64,000 bases of DNA. Source: Ascoidea asiatica JCM 7603. Its lineage: Eukaryota > Fungi > Ascomycota. Location: contig BCKQ01000004.1 in NCBI GenBank assembly GCA_001600695.1, positions 568,088-632,087 of the forward strand, given 5' to 3'. This document shows positions 44,651-56,178 of this stretch, piece by piece; the first letter of the stretch is position 1; every line of letters begins with the position of its first letter. The notes under the pieces are model-generated. The model was not told where the DNA came from. It ran no database searches and worked only from the letters and a program-made list of their open reading frames with translations. A program made the position numbers and the translations under genes.

Positions 44651-47480
44651 AATTAATTTTAGCTGTTCTTTTTTCTATTGTATTTGTAGATTAATTTAAT
44701 TGATTAAAAAAAGGATAAAAATATAAAGAATAAAATGGATTTCATTATCATATTTTTAAAAAATTTACTGCATTTATTAATTGGTCATTTCTTTTTTTTT
44801 TATATATATTATTTATTTAAAAAGCTCTTTGATTTTCATTCCTTCTTTGTTCTTTTCTTTCTTTCTTTCTTTAATCCTTCAATTCTTTTCAATGTTAATA
44901 GTTGATATTTAATATTTATTTTTTTTCTTTATATTTTATTGTGATGAAATTATGCACTACGGCACATTATTATACAGCGCAAAATGTAATATTGCACCAC
45001 AGAGAATGGCGCTCAGTGGCGCAGGGTTCAAAAAAAGTATTTTAACAATAAATAGGTTTGTTTCATATATATTATCCGGTTAAGAAAGTTTTCATCCATA
45101 ACGGGAGTGAAGTATTTCAAACTGAAATTTTTAAAATAAATAAAGAAATTTCTTCTTAAAAAGGAAGATTTATTTTATAAAATAGAAAAATAATTGATAA
45201 GAAGATATCTTCTGGAAAGAAGAAAATATTTTAGAATAAAATAAAATAAAATACGGTATGTTGAAAAAACAAAAAACATATATTTTTTACCATAATCCAA
45301 AATCTTGGAAAAAAAATCAAGTAGTAAACTGTTCCATGCATGAAATTAAAAGGTTACTAGTTGTTTATAATTGTTCTTTGAAGAATAAGGGAGGGGTATA
45401 ATTTAATGGATGAGATGGTTTTTTTTTTTTTTTTTTTTTTTATATTTACAAATTTTTGTTAAGTTTGTTGAAGATGTGAAGAGAATAATAGATAAAAACG
45501 ATGTTTAAATGGTAACTATTAGAATTAAAGCTATGTATAAAATTCAAATAATATAAAAAACGAACAAAGAGATCAATATATATCTGTTTAAATTTGAAGG
45601 CTTGGTTAAAAATCAATCAGTTTTTAAACCTATTTAAAATTTTTAAAGATTGATAAAACTTTTAGTAATTGTTAGTTTAAATATCCTCATTTTTATCTCC
45701 GCTAAATATGCTATGAGATAAAATAATTGGAATTTTATTCTTTGTCGGCTACTGTTTAACATTTTTATGAGAATATTAACGTTAGCGTTGTAATAACTTT
45801 TATATACATGTATACATGAAACGTCATGTATATAACTGCTTTGAAAATAAGGCCGGTGAAATTAGGAGTTGTAATAACAGTTATGTGCATAAGGTTTTTT
45901 TTTTATACATTATATTCACTTTTAACTCTAAGTAGTTTGAACGTTATTTTTGTGCATGATTAGACAATTTAAGTACAGCAGTATGGCAAAATTAAAGATA
46001 TTTAGTTAAAGATATTATCAAAATAGAGTAAAGTAAACAAAAAAAAAAATAAAATAAAATGAGTTTTTGATTGGTTCATATAAGTTCCGAGAATCAAGAG
46101 CGTGTTAAGCTACGGTACAATTTATACAACTATCTTAAAGAAACAGCTTTTCTTATCTTTGTCCACTGGCGTTTCAAAAATCAGGATTGGCGACAAAGGA
46201 GTAATTATTATCAGACAGTAACATCAGATAGTAGATAATCCAGTAAAGTACTACAAAAGCTAATAAAACTGTAGAGTGATAATCTAGGAGGAGGAACAAT
46301 TAGTCACTTTTTAATCTGATGAGTTATTTTTGAAAGTCTGGTAAATCCCAGGTTAACCAAGATTGTATGGGAATAATGTTTGATAAAATGGGTATGGGAC
46401 ATACTTTTTGATTACCCACAACACTATCTTTACCCTTTAAAGTAGAACTCATAATAAAATTGGGATTAGTGAAATTTCAGAGAATGTTGGTAGTGTGTAA
46501 GACGATTTGTAAGAGCAGAAAGTGTGTGTGATTTTATGAAGATTCAGGTGAAATTCCAAGATGATACGATCGATTCAAGCTTGATGTATCCTTGATAAGG
46601 AACGTATGCTCCATAAAAGGTCTATGGTGAAAACCGGTTGGGAAATGTGTATTTATTCGCTTTGAACAGAATAATATTAGGGTGTTAGCATAATAGCAAA
46701 GCTAATAGCAATAAAAATAATTAATAACAATTAATTTTTTTGTTAATAATAGTACAAATAATAATATATATTATTCCTCTTCAAAGCCAGCTTTAACAGC
46801 GGATACCCAAACTGAGTGTGTGAGACTGAGGAGTGCATATGAGGTAATAATGAGACTTGTAGCAGTAATATTAGCCTGTTTTGAGATATATGTATTGCAG
46901 AATTATTACTGGTAGTAATGCTATAATTGTAACTGGTAATGGAAATATTTGATCGCCATCACCAGGTGAAATTTGAGATTCTGAATTGGAAATAGCACTA
47001 AATTTACTCAAATTTAAGGATTATCTACCGTACCTAAATCTCTCCTTCAATGTATATTTTATTTGGGGAATAGGTGGATATATTGAAAATACTGGAGATT
47101 AATGTGGATAAAATGCGATTAATCTTATTTTAGGAGTTTGAATGAAAAGTTTTGAAAAACAAAAAGCAGTGAAGCTGTTCATATTCTAAAACTTTCCTAT
47201 TCTTTTAATTTATTTCAATTTCCATAACCATTTCAAATATTTATTTCCACTTCTTCATTCTGGTTCTCCAGCCCTTCATCTTCGATTCTCGACTACCAAC
47301 TGAAATTCTAGACAAATAAGAAGAAAGAATCAAAAGATCTTTGCTCGTACTTCAATCTAAACTGTGTTAAAGTTAGAAATCCTTTTAATTTCTCTGCTGT
47401 TGTTAACGTTAGTTATCTCACAAAGGACTTGAGCTATGCAATTGCAGTATTCTGGGCTCACTACGCCATGGTGTTGGTAC

Positions 47481-47623
47481 AGTGCCTCCAAGGTGCTTCT
47501 ACAGACTTTTATACACCTCTATTGTGCTTAAATAGTGCTTTAATTGCGCCTAGACACAGCTTAGACTGTGCTTCTAAGTGCCTAGGTACTGCCTAAAAGC
47601 TGCCTCGGGGGACTGCCTCGGGG
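47481..47623. repeat. Degenerate ~11-bp-period array of TGC(C/T)T motifs
   Basis: TGC cores at 47483, 47494, 47525, 47536, 47569, 47579, 47590, 47601 and 47614; ends in CTGCCTCGGGG x2. Confidence 0.65.
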
Positions 47624-48219
47624 AACGATACGCTGTGGAAATACAGAGTTAGCATACTGCCTCTAATACTTGGCTATTTACTCACTATCAAAGCTACTAC
47701 CAAAACCAATTCTATTACTTATTACTTATTACTTATTACTTATTACTTTAGTTTTTTCAGTAGTTGAACTTAACAAATTTCATTTCTTTTTCACTTTTTT
47801 CATTCCAAAATTTCATTGCAACTTAACTTTAAGCACGTTAAACTTTACAAACAAAATTCAATTAAAAATAAAAAAATTAGAAAAGATTAACAAACAAAGC
47901 TTAATACTACTGTACCAGTAGTATTGTAAACTAATGAAATAATATAAAATAAATCTTATAATTTTTCATTCAAAAATAAAGCTTTGAAATTATGAATATA
48001 AAAAGTTTTAAATAAATATCAAAGTGATTCCTTCTCTTTTACGTTTAATTTATTTATTTGTATTATTTATTTTAAACTTATTTGCTTATTTACTTATCTG
48101 AACTTCACTTACTCATAATATTTCTAGATCTTTTTAAAATTATACATACAAATATTATTTTATAATTTCAAGATTTTTTATAATACTCTTTATATAATCT
48201 TTATATAATATATTTTATA

Positions 48220-49685
48220 ATGAATTCAATGCAATATTTATATTATTCTCAAATTATGCCAATAATTCCTCAAAATAGAAATTTTATCAACTACAATTAT
48301 AGTTATAATTCAATTCCCTCTCAAATGTCATTCCCAATTCCAATTCCAATTCCATCATCTATTGCATCATCAATTAACAATTCAACCAATAATAATAGTA
48401 ATAATAACAATAATAGTGATGATATTAATAACAAATCTTCTGATTTATTAAAAAATTCAAGAAATCAGTCACTTGATTCTTTATATTCTTCAAATTCATG
48501 TAATTCATGTGATTCAAATAACTCAATTAATTCATGTAATTCAAATAACTCAATTAATTCATGTAATTCAACAAGTTCCTCAACTTCATTATCAACTTCG
48601 ATTATCTCAACAGCTTATTCAATTCATTCAAATGATAAAAAGGATAAAGTCAATAAAAAAAATAAAAATGATAATAATAATAATAATAACAAAAATAATA
48701 ATAGTACAAATCATATAAAAAATGATTTTAATAATAATTCAATTTTAACTTGTTTTAAATGTGGTAATATTGGACATTTTGCTCAAGATTGTAATTTTGA
48801 TAATAGATTATGTTATAATTGTAAAAAAACAGGTCATGAATCTTTAAATTGTCCATTTCCAAGATCAGATTCTTTAAAACAATGTTATTCATGTAAAGAA
48901 ATTGGTCATATTAAAAAAAATTGTCCAAAAAGGTTACAATTATTAAAATTTTTTAATTTAAATAAAAATCAAAACTTTAATGATCTTCAAGACATTAAAG
49001 ACATTGAGGATGTTGAAGATTCTGAAGATTCGGAAAATTCTGGAGAATCAGAAGGATCTGAAGATACTGAAGAAACTATAAACATAAAACCAATTAAAAG
49101 CATTAAGGAGGATAAAGATAATAAGAAAATTAAAAATAAAAGAAATATTGAAAATTTCACAATGATTTATCTCAATTCACATTTTTCAAATCAAATAGTT
49201 TCAAATAACACTTTCAAGAATACTTATAATAACACTTTCAATAATAATTTTAATAACAATTTTAACTATAATAATGATTTTAATTATAATTCAAATTATT
49301 TAAAAACTTTAAATTATGGATATAACTTTAATTCAAATTATTCTTCAAATTCTTCTTATAGCAATTCATATAATAATATATACAATAATGATAATTCCAT
49401 TGATAATTCATATAATCCTTCTTTCAATAATTCATATAATAATATGTGTAATATATATAATAACTCATATTCCTACTCAAATAATGATTTCAACAACTAT
49501 AATAATTATAATAACTCATGTAACTCTTATGATTATTCATCAAATTATTCACCTACTTATTCCCCTTCTTATTCTTATAATTATTCTCATAAACCTTCAA
49601 AATTTAATCAAAATCAAAATCAAAATCAATTCAATAGAACGTTTTTGAAAAAGAAAAAAATAATCAATAGAGGAAAATATTTTAA

Positions 49686-49733
<48 letters not shown>

Positions 49734-49887
49734 TAATAATCCAGATTTGAAAGATTTCAATTTCAAATCCAATTACAATGAAACTAAAATGAATGAATTA
49801 AGTAGAGCAAAAAGTGAAATTGATGAAAAGAAGAAAAATGAGGAAAATGAGACTCTGATTCCAAAAGAAAACATGAATATTTCCTAA
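48220..49887 (+). CDS. CCHC zinc-knuckle RNA-binding protein (Gis2/CNBP-derived, 3 knuckles) with N/Y/S-rich low-complexity domains
   Basis: CFKCGNIGHFAQDC, RLCYNCKKTGHESLNC, KQCYSCKEIGHIKKNC. Confidence 0.8.
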
Positions 49888-52298
49888 ATCTTTTAAATTT
49901 CAAATATAATCGATTTTTCATTTTTTTTTTTTTCGATATTGAAGAAATATTAGAAAATTTTTTAATATTGGAAAATTCTTTAATATTATGAAAGTTGTTC
50001 TTCAAGTGATTGAATCCAATTGAGTAAATAATAGGCAATAATTATAAAGTCTAGAACCATGAAAATGGCTGAAAAATATTTGAGTCAACATATCTCATAG
50101 TCACAGAGTCCGAGTTAAAGATAAGTGACAGAAACACTCATACACAAATGCACTCTAAACAGTGAACAGTAGACTATTCTCTCCTATACTTTACTGAAAG
50201 ACTTGCAATTACAAAGCCACTCACAAAACAATCACAACAACTTTTTTACACCAATTAAATAAAATTAAATATAGAAATAAAAAAATATCAAAGTAGAACA
50301 GCTCTAAAGGCCTGTTTTAATGCTTTTAGTAAATAACAGTAGTTAATAATCATAAGTTAGATATAAATTAGTAATAAACAGCATTAGATATCAATAGCAG
50401 TATTTGAACAGGAAAACGTTGCTTTGATTTAAAATTCGCATTTTCGTTTGCACAGTTTATATTGGGCTGAAGGTGCAACTTTATTAATTAAAGTGATCTA
50501 AGATTCTAAATTAAGCATAATTATTTTGCACCAAAATTGAATTTATTAACTCAAATTGAGAATTAAATTCAGAATTTGGTAAATGTCATGCCGAATTCGG
50601 GTTGCGAGTATTGATATTGCAACAAAGTAACACGCAATTGTTGTAGTACAGAGAATAGAAACCAAGCGCAACTCAGAGTAGAATGGGCAGCAGGATCTGA
50701 GGTATTTCCGAAATATACTGCCGCGAGTGAAGACAAATAAACATATAAAACTTACAAAACTACTAGATATGGTTCCATAATGTAGTCAATTATGAAACAT
50801 TGCAAACAGCAAGTTTTCAAAAACCGAAAATATAAAAATGGACTGAGTGCTTTTAAAATAATCCAGAAAACTCAGAATAATTCACAATCACAAGGATTCT
50901 CATCTTAAAATGCAATCCCAACCATAAATTCCAAAGATAATGATAAATAACAATTTGATCTATCGCGTTACTTTTTGAATGATTATAAACAAATTGAAAG
51001 TTGAGAAGAAAAACTTGTTTCATTGTTCGAGTATGTTGTTAAATTTGGGTTTCTATAGAAACAGTGTTACTAAGTAATATAAGTGCGCACAATTCCAGAC
51101 ACTCACGTAAATCAGCATTATTATACTGTTTAGATTGGCGATGAATTTAAGGAATTCTTCAATTACCCGTTGATCCCACTACTGTTTATTACTGCACATG
51201 AGCGTATCTAAGATGAGTATTTTGACCTCAATTCAACCAATAATTTTATGTAGTGTAAATCTTTTTATTTTCCTTAACTGCTAAAAGATACGGACAAAGC
51301 TGGCTATAAAGTGAATTAGGCAGGTTAAGTTAAAAATTATACTTATTTGAATACAGTGAGAAAATAAAAAAAAAATTTATTTTTTCACAAGAATTTATTA
51401 ATTTGGGATGAACGTAAAAAAATGTTATAAAATTATTAGCATCTGAAAAACAGGTATTGAGTATTTCTTAGTATTTAAAAAAAAACATGCAGTTAAAGGT
51501 AAAAAATAGCAGGAATGTTATTGAAAACGGTATTCTCAATTTAAAATACCGCCACCACCATTTAAGTAAAGGACCCCGCTTGTTTGTGCATCGTATGAGA
51601 AAAGTTACGTTTATTAAAACAAAGTTTACAATTGATATTCAGTTGCAAAAAATCTAAAATTATAATTTTCAGAATAATAAATTCAGAAAACATGAAATAC
51701 AATTTTGATAATGTTGCTCTTTTTTTGACTTTAATTACGTGTATTGTTTATGCATAATAAAAACATCAAGGAATAAACTTTTGGAATACGTTGATTTCTT
51801 GGGTGATTACTTTATACTAATTACTATAAAAGTTACTGTACTTTTGATTTATTATTTTATTGGATTCATTTGGTTTTCGTGATTTATTTGATTTATTTGT
51901 GAATTATTATGCAATACAACATTGCAGATTTCGTGTTTTTAATCTATAAATTTTAATTTATTTTAATTTTCATTCTATTTGTTCTTTGAAAATGACCTTT
52001 TTTTCAATTTTTTGTAATAGAAAAGTGATCAGTTTGCCATAACCAAATATTAGTTTAAATCCATTTTTGATGTTCCAGCATTTTGAAACTTGTAAAAAAA
52101 TCAAGGAGACTTTTTTTCAACAATGTAAAACGATATAAAATGATCTGTTCCCCTTCAAGATTTCTTTTCCTTTTTCTTTCTTATTATTTCTAGTAAAAAG
52201 TTTAAATTTGGTCGTAATTAATAACAATAACAATTACAATAGGAATAATAATAATAATCAGTATCAAAATTAATTATATTTACATAACTTGATTCACA

Positions 52299-53817
52299 AT
52301 GACAATTTCCGAAAATGGTTCAAACAATTCAAATAATTCAATTGTTTCAATCGATGAATTACAAAATCATGGAATAAATGCTGGTGATATTCAAAAATTG
52401 AGATCTTCCGGAATTTGTACAATTTCTGTATGTTTTTTTTTTTTTTTATTTTTTTCACTCCCAAAAAAAGATTATACCGATTACAAAAAATAAAAAAAAA
52501 AAGAAGAAACTATAATTACTAACTATATTAAAGTCAGTATTAGCAACAACAAGAAGAAATATGCTTAAAATAAAAGGTTTAAGTGAAATTAAAGTTGAAA
52601 AAATTAAAGATGCTGCAGGAAAATTAATTCAAGCTGGTTTTATTTCTGCTTCTGTTCAAGCTCAATTAAGAGAAAATGTTTATTCAATATCAACAGGTTC
52701 TAAATCTTTTGATGAAATTTTAGGTGGTGGTATTAAAACAATGAGTTTAACTGAAGTTTTTGGTGAATTTAGATGTGGAAAAACTCAAATTGCTCATACT
52801 TTATGTGTGACTGCTCAATTACCAAAATCAATGGGTGGTGCAGAAGGTAAAGTTGCTTATGTTGATACTGAAGGAACTTTTAGACCAGATAGAATTAGAT
52901 CAATTGCAAAAAGATTCCAAGTTGATCCTGAAGTTTGTCTTGAAAATATTTCTTATGCAAGAGCTTTGAATAGTGAACATCAAGCTGAACTTGTTGAACA
53001 ATTATGTATTCAACTAGCTGAAGGTGGTTATAAACTTTTAGTATGATTTACCCAATATTATTATCTCAAACTGGAAAAAACATAAAATAAAATCAAATCA
53101 AATTAATCTTTATTAAATTGTTCATAAATACTAATTTTCTTATATTCACATTTATTTAAGATTGTGGATTCAATTATGGCACTCTTTAGAGTTGATGTAT
53201 GTATTAAAATAAGGAATTTCTAAATATTTTGATAAAAATTGTTTACTAACTTTTATTTTATTTAACCCCTTTTTTTATAAAAAAATTTCTTTTTTATTAT
53301 TAGTATTCTGGTCGTGGTGAATTAGGTGAACGTCAACAAAAATTAAATCAACATTTATCAAGATTATGTAGAATTTCAGAAGATTTTAATATTGCTGTAT
53401 TTATGACAAATCAAGTTCAATCAGATCCTGGTGCAAGTGCACTTTTTGCTTCTGCAGATGGTAGAAAACCGTAAGTTAAATAATTATTTATTTCTTCATC
53501 TTTATTTATTACTTATTATGATTTGAATTAAAAATTTTTTACTAATATGATTTTCTTTTAAAACAAAAACAGAGTTGGTGGACATATTTTAGCGCATGCA
53601 TCAGCTACAAGACTTCTTTTAAGGTAAGCTTTTTTTTTTTTTTTTTTTTGAATTAATTATTATGGTTAAATAAGTAAATTTAATACTAACTAAAATTTTA
53701 AATAGAAAAGGTAGAGGAGATGAAAGAGTTGCTAAATTACAAGATAGTCCAGAAATGCCAGAAAAAGAATGTGTATATATTATAGGAGAAGGAGGAATTA
53801 CAGATTCAGATTCATGA
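52299..53817 (+). CDS. DMC1: Meiotic recombinase Dmc1; exons 52299-52427, 52534-53040, 53161-53196, 53304-53470, 53573-53623, 53706-53817 (333 aa)
   Basis: The spliced CDS is 1002 nt and in frame. Motifs [54 protein letters not shown] introns with TACTAAY branch points. Confidence 0.96.
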
Positions 53818-53916
53818 GAACGACAAATTAGAAAAAAAAAAAAGAAAAATTAAAAAAAATTAGAAAAATCAAAAGTTAAAAAAACAAACTTACTTTTCGA
53901 TCTTAAATGGCTCATA

Positions 53917-55404
53917 TTAAATGGATATACCAAATCTTTCAGGAAATAAAGCAGGACCAATTAAACTCCAAGTATATAATAAATAACAAATAAAAGCAGA
54001 AATAATTTTAACCATTGAATAAAAATAAGTTCTACCAACAGGAACAAAATCACCTAAATCATCTTCTTTAACATTCATTGTTAATAAAGTTGCAATCCAT
54101 TGAGTTGCTAATAAAAAAATCAAATGAAAAATAGCATAATTATATTTAGTCATTGATCTTTCTTCATCATGAATATTATCATTATCATCATCATTATCAT
54201 AATCATTTTCATCATCAATTAACCAAGAAGGATCGTTTAAAGCACTTTCAGGTAATGAACCTTCAGCTACAGCTTGTCTTATAGCTTCAATTCTTGCTTG
54301 ATTTCTTGAAGAAGGTTGAGTTGAAATTATTGGATCATATAAATCATCAGAATAATAAATATTTGAATTTGATATTAAATTGGAAGTTGAATTTGAATTA
54401 GAATGAGAAAATACTGAATTTCCTGCAGCTCTTGTAGTTGTATAAGCAATTGCAATAAAAGTGAAAGAAGCACCAATTATTATACCCATAGTTCTTGTAC
54501 CTCTATTTCTTATAAATGGATTACAAAATTGATCATCAGGTTCAGAGGAACAAGCAGATAAAATTAAATAAGTACAATAAACACAAACCATTCCAGCTTG
54601 ACCTAAACCAGAATTTTGATTAAATTCTTGAATTTTTTGATTGATTGAAATTATAGAAACAATTATTAAAAAAACTAAATTTAAAGAAATTGCAGTTTTA
54701 TTTAAAGAACATCCACTACCAGTAAAGAATATAAACATTAAAATAGTCATAATTATTGTTGTTAAATACATTATTATTGTACCACCAATTAAAATATATT
54801 TCCATAAATTTACCGAATTTTGATCATCATCGTTTTCTACATGTTCTATACAAACTTCAGACCATTCATGAGCAAAATCCACTAATAATATTAAACCGAT
54901 TAAATTAAATAAAGAAGAACCAAATATTGAAATATAATTACCATAAAATTTAAAAAAATTATCTGGAATTACAAATGATAAAACTATAAATAAAAACCAA
55001 AATATTAATTTTATTGGCCATAAACCATTTTGAATTATGGATCTTGGATTTGAAGTTGATTTAACATTAATTAAAAGAATTGATAAAATTAAATGTAATA
55101 AAGCTAAAGAGAAATTAATTCTTTGAACATTATAAAAACTTGAAAGTTCTTTGAATTTAATAAAACCAAAAGTTATTTTTTCTAAATTTTTAAGTATATA
55201 ATTTGATAACATCATCCAAGATATCACACAATTTATTAAAAATATAAAAGCATAAGATAATCTTGTTAATATACTTGATTTAAAAGGTTTTAATGAAAAA
55301 CATCCACCACAAATTGAAGAACATATCGCAGCTCCACAACATGAAGCTAACCAACTCCCAGCAATTTGAACTGGAATCAAAGGCACAGAAACCAAAGCAC
55401 CCAT
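53917..55404 (-). CDS. TMS1: Serine incorporator (SERINC/Tms1) membrane protein
   Basis: MGALVS..ASCCG, IQNGLW, LLVDFAHEW, YCTYL..SA.SSEPDD..CNP, YNYAIFH, WSLIGPALFPERF. Confidence 0.94.
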   Translation of the reverse strand: MGALVSVPLIPVQIAGSWLASCCGAAICSSICGGCFSLKPFKSSILTRLSYAFIFLINCVISWMMLSNYILKNLEKITFGFIKFKELSSFYNVQRINFSLALLHLILSILLINVKSTSNPRSIIQNGLWPIKLIFWFLFIVLSFVIPDNFFKFYGNYISIFGSSLFNLIGLILLVDFAHEWSEVCIEHVENDDDQNSVNLWKYILIGGTIIMYLTTIIMTILMFIFFTGSGCSLNKTAISLNLVFLIIVSIISINQKIQEFNQNSGLGQAGMVCVYCTYLILSACSSEPDDQFCNPFIRNRGTRTMGIIIGASFTFIAIAYTTTRAAGNSVFSHSNSNSTSNLISNSNIYYSDDLYDPIISTQPSSRNQARIEAIRQAVAEGSLPESALNDPSWLIDDENDYDNDDDNDNIHDEERSMTKYNYAIFHLIFLLATQWIATLLTMNVKEDDLGDFVPVGRTYFYSMVKIISAFICYLLYTWSLIGPALFPERFGISI

Positions 55405-55783
55405 TATTAATTATATGTATTATTGAATATGAATATATGATTAGTTATGATTATTACTATTGTCTAGATTATTATAAGTTAGTTATAAACTACTATTATT
55501 TTAGTATATCACCCTTTATTATTAGTAGTTATCTGAAGATGCACCAGATGCAAAATCACTAAAATCAGTAACGTTAATAGATGTTGGGTCAGCAGAAACC
55601 GTTGAGAGCAGTCCCCCTTTAGGGTCATGTGCCTAAGTACGGATTGCACGGATACGCCGGCTAATGAAGATTTGAGTTATCGAACAAAAGAGACCAGTTT
55701 AGTGGAAAGCGTTATCACATGATGTTGCTGTAAGTGCATTTTCTTCTTTGGGGAATATCCGCTTTTTAAAAGTGGCGCATGGT

Positions 55784-55892
55784 TGAGTCACGCCGGAGTC
55801 GGGCCGGTTCCAGGTTGGTGTCTGCGCATTTTCGAGTTTGGCGGGTTTTGTGTTTTTCGCTCTCCTTCAGCGGTGTATTTCTGTGTGACTCA
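55784..55892. promoter_or_regulatory. Gcn4 and Leu3 sites upstream of BAT
   Basis: TGAGTCA 55784-55790, CCGGAGTCGG (CCG-N4-CGG) 55793-55802, TGACTCA 55886-55892. Confidence 0.7.
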
Positions 55893-56178
55893 CTGAAGTT
55901 GGTCAATGCTTAGTCAGTCACTGCTTATCTTTCACTGCTCCATCGCTCGACCTCAGATTTGTGCCTAATTTTCACCTATTTCCATTTTTCAATTTCCAAG
56001 GCTTCTCATTCATTGTATTTTCAAGTGAATTGAGGTCAAGTATTATAAATACTTTCCAAATTTCTCTCTTTAATATTTGCTTGTTTGTTCTAAATTATAA
56101 TTATTGATTGTTTCAATTATTATTACATAATACACATATAATAGTTTATCATTTCATTTAATTAAATTATTTTCGAAA

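Noticed and set aside
44993-45030. tRNA A-box-like TGGCGCTCAGTGG and U6-like ACAGAGA
   Set aside because: No B-box at proper spacing, no cloverleaf and no further U6 similarity.
44651-52298. Centromere in the long intergenic regions
   Set aside because: No CDEI/CDEIII motifs or large inverted repeats were seen; this cannot be supported from sequence alone.
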